Part shown: piece after piece, positions 1-12,756 of the stretch
Numbering within the stretch: the first letter of the stretch is position 1
How the letters are laid out: each line of letters opens with the position of its first letter
Origin: Paraspadella gotoi
Taxonomy: Eukaryota > Animalia > Chaetognatha
Direction: 5' to 3'
NCBI GenBank assembly: GCA_051294375.1
Contig: CM119264.1
Location: 25,854,450-25,918,449, forward strand
Length of the DNA stretch: 64,000 nucleotides
Translations under genes and position numbers: made by a program
The notes under the pieces: model-generated
What the model was told of the DNA's origin: nothing
Databases searched by the model: none
The model's input: only the letters and a program-made list of their open reading frames with translations

Positions 1-485
1 TTTTTTTTTTTTGGCATTAAACTTTTCACTCTTTCTTTTATCTCTTTCTTTCTTTAAAAACTAATCTATTTTCTATTTTCTCGGTTTTCGCCACAACAAA
101 GTTTTTCGATCATTTGTTTTTTCATCCTTTCTTCCTTTTTTTTGTCGGCAGCGCCATCTTTCGCGCTATCCATTAACGCCCCGACGCCACTTCCGCCTTT
201 TTTCATTTTTTTTCTTCACCTCGTCGACCTTCTGCCGCCAACAAATGATTATTGTCTCCTCACTCATTTGACCCGCGACACCCCAAGACACGGGCCAGTT
301 TCGGCCAGATCCTTACCATCTGACCCGAGCATCTGGCGTCAGAGAAAACCGTTTCAAAAAGGAGACATTCGCTATCAACGAACTATAACTATATAATTAT
401 AAATCAAATAAATTGAACCCACCTTACTGGTATTCAGCTGCACTTTTACTTACCCCCAGTCCTTATAACCATCACCCAAACTCAC

Positions 486-663
486 CCGCCGGCGTCTTGC
501 TGTTGCAGTGAAACTCGATAGACGATCCCACCGGGATCGCCGTCGTCTGCGTCTCTAAAATCTGCGCCGCAGCCCCTCTGGCGGTGGCGAGAAACGATAG
601 CGCCGTTAGGGCGAGACGCCACGCGGTGACGCCGTTGAGGATTCGAAGAGACGACGGCGCCAT
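486..663 (-). CDS. Probable first coding exon of a secreted/cell-surface protein (signal peptide followed by an Ig- or sushi-like start); gene continues towards or beyond the left edge
   Basis: ATG at 663 in AAGATGGCG context. Translation MAPSSLRILNGVTAWRLALTALSFLATARGAAAQILETQTTAIPVGSSIEFHCNSKTPA has a hydrophobic stretch ending AAA|Q and a GSSIEFHC motif. It ends at a canonical G|GTGAGT donor (485) and is GC-rich like the other exons. Downstream exons not securely resolved. Confidence 0.5.
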
Positions 664-1211
664 CTTTGAGATTCGATGCACCGGAAGTGAAAAGTCTCGT
701 TGGTTGACGATGGAAGGCGAAGGATTAGAGGAGAAGGGGAAGGAGGAAGAGAAGGAGGAAGAAAATGAAGAGGAGGTGGAGGACGAAGACGAGGAAAAGC
801 GATCAAAGATGTTTTAATTCCTCTTTATCGTCGTCGTTCTTGTCGCCGTTGTATTTATCGATTTATTTTTTTTTTTCCTCCACTGGTGATAAATAAGCCG
901 TACTTTTCACTCTACGCTCCAATGATTTCAATTTTTTTTTTTTTTTATTTCCTTTCGTTTTTTTTAGTTATTTATTTATTTTCTAATTCGAATTAATTTG
1001 TTCTACTCTTTTATTTTCTTTTTTCTTTTTTCGTAATCCACTTTGTTAAACGATCGAATGTTTTTATTTTAATTACATCTCCTCCTAACGCCGACGACGC
1101 GTTCCAGACTGCTTTATGCCTCTCTCATCTCCTCCTCGTCTTCTCACTTCGTCTCGTCTCTCTCTCTGTTCTCCTTCTCTCTCATCTCTCTCTCTCTCGT
1201 CTCTCTCTTCC

Positions 1212-1256
<45 letters not shown>

Positions 1257-1808
1257 TCTCTCTCGTGCTCTCTCTCTCTCTCTCTCTCTGCTCTCTCTCT
1301 CTCTTCTCTCTCTCTCTCTCCGTTTGTTTTCTTTTTATCTCGTGTTTTATGGTTCCTCGGCTCTTCCTCCTCATTTGGTTCCGTTAAAGAAGCAGCCGCG
1401 GAATCATTTTTGGACGATTTTTTTTCGAGACTGAGCCGTTGTCATGTAAACTTGCGATCGTCGTCGTTGTCGTCGTTCGGGCTCCGTTCTCGTTATCATA
1501 ATTTCCTGTGAGGGGGTGAAAGAGGGAGGACGAAATTAGATGGAGATAAANNNNNNNNNNNNNNNNNNNNNNNNNNNNNNNNNNNNNNNNNNNNNNNNNN
1601 NNNNNNNNNNNNNNNNNNNNNNNNNNNNNNNNNNNNNNNNNNNNNNNNNNNTCTTCTCTCTCTCTCAATCGTATCATCGTCGTCTTCGTCGTCATTTTCT
1701 TCTTCGTCGACGTCGTCATTTTTTTTAAACATCTTTCCCTTTTTTCCCTTTTTTTTTCGCCTTTTCCTTTCTTCTCTCCTAGAATCACCCACTTATCTCC
1801 ATCTAATT

Positions 1809-1843
<35 letters not shown>

Positions 1844-2561
1844 AGTCATTGGTTGTATCTGAGATGCAAGATCCGTAAGTAATGTAGACAAAACTTCCTT
1901 TTCATTTTTAATTACATTATTTTCCAAACTGCGTTAATATAATAATAATATAATCATTATAAGAGTACAAATATGCAAATTGAAATGGTGCTTGCGGTGA
2001 GAAGATGACTTATGAAGGCACATCAACCGATAAAAATAAGAGAGCTTTACAAAAAAAGAAGAAATAGAAGATCGAACGTGGGTGGAAAATGACGCGAAGA
2101 AATTGTCGAAGCCGGAGACCGTAATAACGACGACGACGACGACGACGACGACGAGGTTCATGACGACGACGATGATGATGACCCCCAAATCCCTTCTGGG
2201 TGATGGGTTGGGTCAAGAAGGGAAAGTCTGCGACAACGACGACGACGACGATGGGGAAGGGAAGTCTCTGCAGCTTTTTGTCTTTATTGCTGATGAGGTG
2301 TTTGTTTGTGTTGATGTTTGTCTCATAGCAAATTTAGTACTGGTTCGATGTTAGCCAATAACATGTTAGTCGAGGCAAACGAAACTGTTATTTACAGTAT
2401 GTAACGATAATGGGTGACAAGATGGGAGCTCATTTACCTTCTATAGAATTCGTACAAGTGTGATGTATATAATAAAAAAATATCTCTCCTTTAAAGAAAA
2501 ATATTCATCTAATCTTATGAAATTGGTACGACCAATATAAAAATTTTTATAATGAATTCTA

Positions 2562-2769
2562 GACATCGTAAATTTTCTTTCTTTTCGTTGTGGTTGCGTA
2601 TTGGAAGACGTTTTTAATGTTTTTCTACATTGACTCTATTTGTAAAAAACGTACATGTTTCGGCTTACAAACAATTTGTTAACGCTGAAGAAGGCTTGTA
2701 TGTAAGCCGAAACATGTATGTTTTTTACAAATAAAGTCGTTGTAGAAAAACATTAAAAACCTCTTCCAA
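2562..2769. mobile_element. Short Penelope-like (PLE) hairpin insertion: ~70-bp inverted repeat flanked by a 14-bp direct repeat
   Basis: Arms 2599-2669 and 2701-2771 are near-perfect reverse complements. TATAATGAATTCTA occurs at 2548-2561 and 2770-2783. Contains CTGAAGAAGGC..GCCGAAACATGT, the hammerhead-bearing motif typical of Penelope pseudo-LTRs. Confidence 0.7.
2675..2732 (+). ncRNA. Minimal type I hammerhead ribozyme-like motif
   Basis: AACG (stem I 5'), CTGAAGA core (2685-2691), A, GGCTT/AAGCC stem II, GAAA (2709-2712), palindromic CATG, TA (GUA cleavage triplet), TGTT (stem I 3'; the opposite arm reads CGTT, a perfect match). Confidence 0.65.
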
Positions 2770-3042
2770 TATAATGAATTCTAAATCTTATTAATCAGTT
2801 GGAAAACCCTCCAATTTAAAAAGGATGATAACTAAAAATTGACATTTTGCTTCAAAGTATAATGATTTCTGTCGCCCCTTCAAGACTTCATTCAATTACA
2901 AGGTGCAAATTCGAGACGGTAATCCAGGTTTAAATTTCCTCCACGCAATTTTTTTCAATTAGTGTGTATACCAATTCCAACGACGAGACCAATAATGCCA
3001 ACGTCTACTTCTGGATTCCCAACAGAATAACAAAACAACAAA

Positions 3043-3085
<43 letters not shown>

Positions 3086-6000
3086 TTTCTTCCACTTTCC
3101 ACTTTTTCATGGATTCTGTTGAGGATTTAATTAGAGTCTCGTTTCCGGATGAAATCGCAAAACGGGACGACGACGACGACGACGACAGCGACGACGACGA
3201 CGACGCCTGCAGCGGCGACGGAGGCGGAAACGACGACCGTAAATACGACGAAGTTGATGCAGAGGGAGGAACAACACGAAGACAACAACAACGACAACGT
3301 CGTCGGAGGGAAAGACGAAGGCCCAGCGACTCCAAACGACGACTTTGACGATCGAATGACGATAAACAAAACAAAGCAACAAAAGACAAAAGGCGACGAC
3401 GCGACGACACTTGGCGCGCCTAGTAGAAATATTCCGTCGTTACTGGTCGTAAATTGGGATGGCGCCCGCAACGTTATTAAAATTACACGGATGCCATTTT
3501 ATAGTAATTTATACGTTTGACTGTTATTTCAGCAAACCTCTTAGAGAGAGAGTAGACAGATAGGAAATTTTCACGAGATTATCGAAATACTGATAAAACT
3601 TAAAAGATCGTATTACGGTGCGCAAGTACGTAGATTTTAGGATATCTCTGTGGAGTAAATTGTCAGCATTATCTTAGAAATTTCTCAATTTCATTTAACA
3701 GTTTTCCTTGAAAGGTTGTTTATATTTTTTATCTTGGCAAAGGTAAGTTTCTACGACAAGTTTGAAAGGCTGAAAATACAAAAAGAAAGAAAAAGCGGAA
3801 AAATAAAATGAAGAAAAAGAAGAAAAAAAATAATAAGAGAGAAAAATAGAGCGAAAGGAATAAACAAAAGGGAAGAGACGACAAGAAAGAAAATTAAGAC
3901 TGGCCTTGAAGCGAAACCAATTTTTTTTAGCCGAAGTGAAAAAGAAATCGAAAGAGAGAGAGAAAGAGAGAGAGAGAGNNNNNNNNNNNNNNNNNNNNNN
4001 NNNNNNNNNNNNNNNNNNNNNNNNNNNNNNNNNNNNNNNNNNNNNNNNNNNNNNNNNNNNNNNNNNNNNNNNNNNNNNNNNNNNNNNNNNNNNNNNNNNN
4101 NNNNNNNNNNNNNNNNNNNNNNNNNNNNNNNNNNNNNNNNNNNNNNNNNNNNNNNNNNNNNNNNNCTCATCTTTTCACTTTCATTTCCAGAGCGACTTCA
4201 TTTTGTTCTCCCGTCCAATCGCGATTTGCGAAGAGTTGAAAACAATAAGACATTCAACTTTTTATCATTCATATCACTAGTAACCCTTTAATGTCAAACC
4301 ATGTGAAATGAGTTTCATCAAATTGCGTTGGGTTTCAAGATGTCAACTCTCTACAGGGACTTCCATGTGGAGTGATACGAAAATACTTGATTAAACTCGT
4401 AATTCTTTTAGTATATATTTATTTATAACCTTTATTAATTAAAAATTACTTTGAGCTAAAAAAATGTTCAAATTTCCTAATATTATAATCACAGTAGCTT
4501 TCAAGTGCGAAGTCACTTTTCTTCATTTTTTTCTTTATTTATTAAAATGTCAGTTTTCTAAGTTAAAACATTAATTTTCAATAGATTTTAAAGAGAAAAT
4601 GTGACGAATATGATCAAGTATTATTCATAATATAAAAAAAATATTTTTATTCTTGTTCATGATACATTTACTATAGTATCTTATTGATAAAAAAAATAAA
4701 GCTTTTAAAAAAAATAATCGTTTTAATAGCAATTGAAGGATCAAGTCTTCTTCCAAAGTAAGATGGTTGAAAAATGTCAGGTATTTTCTTTTGTATCATT
4801 TCAGATTGAAGTCCCTGTAGAGTTCTTCTTTGCATATTTAATGGTAACGTTTTGTTTAGTCATTTAAAAAAAAAATACTTTGGTGCCACCGAGACTTTTT
4901 TTTCGCGTTAATCTTTCAGCTCAACATCCAAACACCGATCAATAATTCAAGAGCCTCGCAGGGCATGTCACCAGGCAGCGCTCAACATTTAATAGCTTCG
5001 ACTTGAGAAAAGAGCCGAAAATCGCTTCCTATAGCGAGCGTTTCCGACAGCGAGCTTTGTTTAGTTTCTTCCCAAAGGAGGCTCCCGCGTTCGTCCGTTC
5101 GCTCGCGCTATTTAAAGCGCAAATCTCGGAGGCGTCGCCGGACCAAGAAGACGACAACAGTATAAACAACGACGACGACGAAGACGACGACGATGCGAAA
5201 AGCGACAAGAATCGAGGAAACATGTTTTATGTTCTCTTCTCTGATGTTATTATCGAGATCGGAACCAAATGGGAATCGTCATTAGGCGGCACAAAAGCCG
5301 TCTGAAGTCGGCGGCGGCGGCAGCGGCGGCGGCAGCGGCGTCGGCAGCGGCGGCGTCTCTGGCTTCGTCCTGGGAGCGGCCTCTGCGGCGTCGTCGGCGG
5401 AATCCGCGGCCTTTGCGCGGCGCATTTCCCGGCGCTAATGGGCGTTCCGATGCCGTGGGAAGGCGACGCGGAGTAGTTGCAGCAGCGCTGCGCGTGACGC
5501 TCTGTCGCGGAGCGTCTCGAAGAACCGTCGCCTCTACAAAGAAGCGCGGCGTGGTAAGGTGTTGGACAGAGGGAGGGTTGCAGCATTGTAGATCTAGATG
5601 TCAAAGAGATGCTCCTGTATGTACTGAATCAACCTTGTTGAATTCGAAATAAAACGCATATATTGTACAATTGTATATATATATATTGTATATATATATA
5701 TATATATTGTACAACTGTCGAATTTGCGAGCGACTCTTATTTATCATAAAATTACAATGTTACGACGCTAACTTGGAACGGTTAGTTCGTCACAACATTG
5801 ATTGAAACGAACCCTTAAACTGTGAGTGACTTTCGCCTCCGTTTTGCAACAAAGACTGAACATCACTTTTACCCTCCTCTTTGTACATTTGTACAGGGTC
5901 GTCTATGCGAAAACCAGCTTCTTTGTCGACACGTTTTATGTATCAGCATTAAACTTACAAAATATAAAATACGAAAGTGACAGAAAGGAGAGAGGGTTGC

Positions 6001-6659
6001 CATGCCTCTCTGTGAGTGTGGATAGCCCCTACAGTCGGTCTGGAAATTTTTTTCCGTCAGTTGCCTTTCTCTTCGGATCCGGCAGTAGGCTTGCTTCCGG
6101 TGATTTAATCGGCCCGTCACTCTTTTTGCAAGGACAGTTCCGACCACGGCTATAAGTGATCGCCCAATGCGCTATAAGTAGGGCGCTGATGGAAGGAACA
6201 GTCGTATCCAACGGGTAGTGATATTACATCACTACAATACTTATTTCTTTTTGGTAAAAATCCAACGCTGCCTAATCGACCACGACATTTCTTCTTTTTT
6301 TCTTTTCCAAACTTCTTTTCCTAAATTGACGACTCCTAAACCCAAACTCCAACTTAAACCGATTAACCACCGCTCCAACACATTTTGAGTCTGGTAAACT
6401 CAAATTGACTTCGCTCCTACTCACTGGGACTCCAGTCAACCCTTGTTTTGCTCCCGCTGGTTAACTACGATTCCTTTTTAAATCGTTACTACACTCCAAC
6501 TGAACTCCGCTTTAACTCACGCCACCTCTCAACCAGTTCACTCCAACATTAACAACTCTGCTACAACTTTAACAACTCTCAGACATTAACAACTCCAACT
6601 TACTCCAACTCGTCGCCATCCGTGATCGATGATTTCCCGCGACTCGACCGAACGTGAAT

Positions 6660-7300
6660 GGAAACGATAATGACTGAGGTTGAAGAATGGAAATGAAGAC
6701 TGCAAGGAGAATGAAGGAGAACGAGGGGGAATGAAGGAGAACGACCGTGAATAAAGGAGAATGAGGCAAAAAACAAGGGGGAAGGAAGAAGAACGAGAGA
6801 GAATGAAAGAGAACGAGGGAGAACGAAGGTGAATATGTAATAAAGATTGAAGGCGAACCAGGGCAAATGAAGGTGGGACAAAGGAGAACCAATGAGAACG
6901 AAGGAGACAAAAATAATAATGAACAAGGGAAAATGAAAAAAAGAATGAAGGGGGGACTAAGTCGTTTAGGCTGGTTAGCAAGGACGCACGAAGTTTTCCG
7001 TCATATACTAATACTGATCTTATAGTGGGGGGAAGTATGATATAGAATATGATAAAAATGTAAATAAAATTTTTGAAAAATAAAGGAGAACAAGAAAGAA
7101 TGTATAAATGATTAAAAAATGTAGTTGATTCTAGAACAAAGAAGGAGAATACAGGAGAATGAAGGAAATTAAATGAGTTGAGATGAAGTAAAGATGAAAG
7201 AGAACTAAGCAAAGGAAAAAGTAAGGGGGAACGATGCAAATATGAGGGAGAATGGGAGAGTTGAAAAAGAACGAGATAGAATGAAGGAGAACGAGGGATA
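6660..7300. repeat. Degenerate purine-rich tandem repeat (GAATGAAGGAGAACGAGGG-like units)
   Basis: Recurring GAATGAAGGAGAACGA variants; it produces the spurious F/S/L-rich minus-strand ORFs. Confidence 0.6.
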
Positions 7301-8549
7301 ATAACGTGGCGAGGATAATGCGCCGAAGATAATGCGAATGGAGTAATGGAGTAACGAGGCCTCGCGCTGCGTTCGTCGGGGTTAATGGCTGAATAAAATG
7401 GGAGCTTTGGTTTTCACGAGAGACTTTCCGGAAAAATGGGATCACGTGACAATAAACGTGACGATATCACGTGACTTTTGAAAGGATTTTATTCGTAATC
7501 AAAGTAAATGAACATCGCCTGACGACCACATCAGTTTTAGCGAAAAAAAAAACATTTTGCGGAACTAAATTTAACAAGGTAAAATAGATTTTCAATTTTT
7601 GAATAAAAAAAATTTACTTAAATTATAGTCTAATTACTCGTAACATAAATGAAAGTAGCAAAGCAGATATTTACGTTCTAGTTGTTAATTAGTTTAAAAA
7701 TCAACATTTTTCTAAAATACAGTTTAAAAAATTGGGAAGTCGCACACTAAAGTTATCTTCTTTTTAAAAGCAACTTTGGAATTAAAAAAGACACAAATCC
7801 TGAGCAACTCATTCACTTCCCGCCACAAAACCGAAATCCAGCGCTTTTCTCCTCCTTCTCGGTGGCGAGGGAGATTGAGAGAATATTCTAGAACGCCTCC
7901 CAAGAAACCGATTCTTTAAAGAAAAAAAAAACAAACTTCACCTCGTTATGTTTCGTTCTTTCTTCCTCCAAATGGGTCGTCTTGTTTTCCGTCGTCGTCG
8001 TCGTCGTCGTCGTCATCCTCCTTTCTCCTTTCGTCATTTCGTTTCCTCTCTTCATTTTTCTCTTTCAGCGGAGTAAACAAAGACCTTGATGAGTCTTTGA
8101 TGTTCAGAGTTTTATGCAAATGGAATTGAGAGGTGCTATTAGTGAAAAGGAAAAGTCGGGAAGAGTTCCGCCATTTATCAATGGTGGTGACAAAACTGGG
8201 ATTTCTCGAGCTTTCAGTTCCTTAGGGCTTGCTGCGCAAGAAACATTTTTTTCGTGATCTGGATTCACTGTGGGAGGAGTCCCCCGAGTGATTTCTATTG
8301 AGAAAAGGACTCGTTTTATAGCGGAAGACGACGCCACCTGCGGGTAACATGTTTAAAGTCCGAAGTCTCCCAACTATGTTTGTTTACTGCTTAGTTCACA
8401 ATCGTCAAAAGCTACCAAGTTTTAAAGTGATTGTAAAAACGTGTCTAACGATTGTTACAATTCGTCATTAATAGTCGTGTTTGGCCTTCAATGCAGGGTC
8501 GGTCGGTCTGGCTTTGTCTTAGTTATATCTAGTTTTAACTGCCTAACAG

Positions 8550-8719
8550 ATATATATTGTTATAAAGGTACAAGTTTAAAAACTTGGGATCTTAAGGTTG
8601 TCCAACACGACAGTTAGGCTAGTCGACCGGTCTCGCTTTCTTGTATGGAATCAACAGGGCCCGAACCCGAGTCCTTCGGGATGAGAGGAAGTTATTGCTA
8701 CGTTCTATACCAATGGTGC
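8550..8719 (-). mobile_element. tRNA-derived SINE-like element (degenerate)
   Basis: Minus strand reads GCACCATTGGTATAGAACGTAG...CTCGGGTTCGGGCCC, with A-box-like and B-box-like motifs at tRNA spacing, then a unique body and an AT-repeat tail. No intact cloverleaf. Confidence 0.45.
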
Positions 8720-11700
8720 AGGTCTTTCTCAGATGAGTCGCGGGAAATAAATTACTACCTCTACCTCATATCTTTCCTGTTTTGTCTTTTCAGAAGTTTT
8801 AAACTTTTTTTCTCAGCCCTTATATATCGTTTTGCGTTAAATCTGCTTATGGCCCGTTTTGTCTTCTATGTAATAAGTTAATTTTTCTTCTTTACTCTCA
8901 GTAGTTGGGCCGTATTGTTTTCAACAGTTATATCTGGTTTTGTCTCTTCAGCTGACGTATCTTGTGAGACGACTTACCACCGGTTGTTTTCTCAGTCTCG
9001 TTTTGTATTCTTAACAGTTACGTTTTGTATTGTTGAGTTTAAAGGCGAAAAGAGGCTCCCGTTAACGTTAATGGTTCCACGCTCAAAGTCCCGCCTCCTT
9101 TTGTCGAACGATGAGTCGTTTTCCTTTTCGACTGAGCCAATGAAAACTCTTCGCGCCTAAAAGAGATGAAGTCTAGAAAATTCTGAGACGGAAATCTCGA
9201 AATGCTACGAAAGTTAAAAGGGTCTCGGATGTTTTAATAACATGTCCCTTTAGTTATTTAAATGAAACGCAAAACGTCGTTGACGGCAAGGACCAATGAT
9301 CATATTTACCTCTCTGTTGTGACTCGGGAATTCACACGAGTTCTTTTACAAAAGCTCGATGATTGCCGTACAGCCCGTTTGGAGATCAAGACTCCCCAAG
9401 TTTAGTTCCAAGCTCAGGATCCTTTACTGATGATTGGGATGTACGGATAATCTTAACGCCGCTTATACCTACTAAAGCTATTGGCGCTATATCCAAGACT
9501 TGCGAATTTAAAATACGTTGCTAGGAAAATCTACGTACATAATAAAAAGGACTCGTGATTCAGCTCCGACTCCAGTGTATTTTTAGCCTTTGGCGCATTG
9601 TCTCTATCAAGTCTCAGGTGTTTCTTTTGTTTAGCTGCGTTCACGAAAGCGATTGAGACAGAGAGGGAGAGAGGGCGTTTTGTTTCCATATACACGGGAA
9701 GATAGAAAAGAACGATTACCGTCAATATATTATGAGACGGAATGAAAAACAAAAGGCAGCGGCGCCCGAGGGGGAGACGACGCCATCTTGATTTTTCTTC
9801 GTTAGCGAAGATTCTTTCTTTACCGTCGGTGTTTGTTCGTCGCTTGGTAACAGTTTTGTGGTTGGAATTTGATACGTTTAGCCACTGATGTTTACTGATG
9901 TTTTTACAGAAGTGATATCAAAATATAAAGATAACCATATAAATAAGTTAAATTTGAAATTGATTTAATAAAAAATTAAAATGTTTGAAAAAAAACCAAG
10001 ATCAGGAATATATAGGGAAATATACATTCAGAAGTTACGATCTGTCTCTCTCCATCTTGTTTTTTTACTTCCTCGCTTGTTACTAATAGCGCATAAATAC
10101 TGTAAATATCTGTAAATATCTGCCCTCAATTCTCGCCCAACGACAAATGAGCAATCCGTCAATAAATAGTCGACAACGAGCAAGCGATAGCGATAGCGAT
10201 TCGACTGCATTTCCCACTAAAACTCTTATCAGTTTTCGAACTCTGGTTATCGAGTAGTTAAGGAGCAAAAATAGAAAGAAAAAAAAAGGAAAAAAGGAAC
10301 AAGGGACTTTTTACGAAAAGTTAAACTTCAAAAAAAAAAAAAAACGGGAAAAACGGGAAAACAGGATCACGTTGAAGAATCGCGTTCGTTTCTAAATGTT
10401 ATTCAAAACAAGAATTGCATAAAGCTTTATACAAATTGTTTTTATGCAAAAGAATCGTATAATTTCCCTTCGTATTTCAAATAAAAAAACTTAAATTTGA
10501 CTAAGGTTCAAGCTTCAAGAGCCACCAAAATCGGCAATTTTTTTTTATGGTAACTTAAAAAATTTCAATTCCAAGACCGGTAAAAGTCATTTTTAAATGC
10601 GATTAATTTAATTTTTTTTATTCAATTAACATCAGCTACCCATGTATACTAGTACCTAAAACCTAGTCATTCTTATAATGTAACTGGATCAATTAACGAT
10701 GAAAATATAAACGTTAGTAGATGTCCAGATATATATTTATTCATGCTTAATACCTTAGACTAAAGTACTTGACGAAAATAGTCAGAGGTTTTTAAAAGTC
10801 AAAGACAATTGTCCATTGGCATCTGCAGTTGGGTCCTCTAAGATAGAAACGCTCTATGGAGCCATAAATGGTCACTGATTCCACAGATGGACATCGTTAT
10901 GCTCTCCTCTTGTCAATTTGTTTCTGTCCCCACATTTCAAAAACTGGCTTTATAAGCTTGACGCGTTTGCCACAGATGAAATAAGTAAACCCTTGCAGCA
11001 TTCTCCTTTGTTCACCGTCCGTGTTTCAGTATCTCAGCATTTTTTTAAATTAAAAAAAAAAAATTGGATAAAACTTCAGAGAAACGGTAAAGCCATCCTT
11101 TAAACTAGAAATGAAAATAGATTTTACAAAAACATATCGATTTTAAAGTTCTTTGCTCGACTTTCAGTTCTGTAAAATCTACAGAAAAAAAATAAATAAA
11201 CAAAAAGAGTTGGAGCGAAAACCATTTAAAAAAAAAATAAACTAAAAATATCTTTCGTTCAAGAAAGGAAAGGTGGGGAAATTCTATGAGGGATTTTTGA
11301 AAATGTTTTTGTTGTTCAAGATATTATAAAAGATATTAACGCGCAAACATTTAATAAATAATAATTTTTTCATATGAAGAGAAGGAAATTGAAAATCCTC
11401 TTCATAGAATTGGGGACCGTTCGTACTTAAGTAAATATATTGAAATTTAATAGAATACCGCTTCCGTTGGGCTGCAGACTCTACCGAAATAGGTTCTTTT
11501 ATTTTATATAAGTAATAAAAAATCGAAAAACATCGAATGGGCTTTTGAAAAAATAAGTAAAGCGTAATACATTTTCGGAATTTTCGTGAGGACTCTCTTT
11601 CGAAAATCCCAGCTGTTGTATTACCTCATTTATAATTTTGTTGAGTGATCCCAGGCCTTAAACCAAATATTCATTTCCCCCCCCCAAAAAAAAAAAATTA

Positions 11701-12004
11701 CGCCGAAACAAAACTGGTCTTTGCTCCAAATCAACAAAAAATGATTAAAATCCTCTTCGTTCAAAAAAATGAAATCTCAACATGAATTTTGCTTCGCCTG
11801 TTTATTNNNNNNNNNNTTTTTTAGGTTTTTTCAAATTAGGTTCGAAATGGACGCAGACCGTCACTTCGGTGACGAAAGATTGTGACCAGTGACGTTTGTC
11901 GTGACCCGTAGATTTATTTTGGGGTTTTACGATTTGTCATTGTCCTCGCTTTCTCTGTTGTCCTGGTCGTCGTTGTTGTTGTTGCTGTGGTTTAGCAGGG
12001 GAGG

Positions 12005-12042
<38 letters not shown>

Positions 12043-12245
12043 AAACCGAAAGGTTGTATACAAGGCTTTAATTTTTTGGGTTGTGGACAAGGTTTTAATT
12101 TTTCGGGTTTCCCCTCCGAAAAAAAAAAAATTAGCGCAAACAAAAGATAACTGGAAAATAAAAGACGGGGTGGAAATCCGACAAACAAAAGACAAAAAAA
12201 AAAACAAAATCGCGGAAGAAAAAAAAACTTTGAGAAAAACAAAAG

Positions 12246-12714
12246 ATGAGAATTGAATCGATGATTTTGACGACGACGTTGGTGGCGTGCGTGGCGTTGG
12301 CGTCCGGCGGGATCACGTGGTATTGTGGAGATCAGGAGAGAGACAAGTTCAGGTCAATGGCCAATTTTTAGTTTTTAGTTTTTATATTAAAGTATATTTC
12401 GTTTAAACATCACATCGTTTACTGCACAAACGGCTGAAAGATTTATTGAGTTAATTCGTTCGTTCAATGGTTGAAACATATTTATTAAAACTTATTTTAT
12501 CATGAACAACGACAACGATCAACATTCATCAATCTCAGTGAGGAAATAACAACAAAACCTTTTTTTTTTATTTCCCCTTTTTTTTTCTTTCCTGCGGCAT
12601 TTTACTTTTGTTTTTAAATTTCTCATTTTATTTATGTAAATTCTGTTTGCTTAAAGAAAACACCAAATAAATTGTTGGCGCGGTATTTTTTCCGATTTCG
12701 CTCAGCGCTTCTCT

Positions 12715-12756
<42 letters not shown>

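Noticed and set aside
5193-5553. Stop-codon reassignment or readthrough (frame from ATG 5193 continues past a TAG and a TAA to the donor)
   Set aside because: The two reconstructed genes contain no internal TAA or TAG and the peptide is unrecognisable.
8650-8719. Functional tRNA gene (also considered at 58306-58375)
   Set aside because: A/B-box-like motifs are present but acceptor and anticodon stems do not pair; treated as SINE heads.
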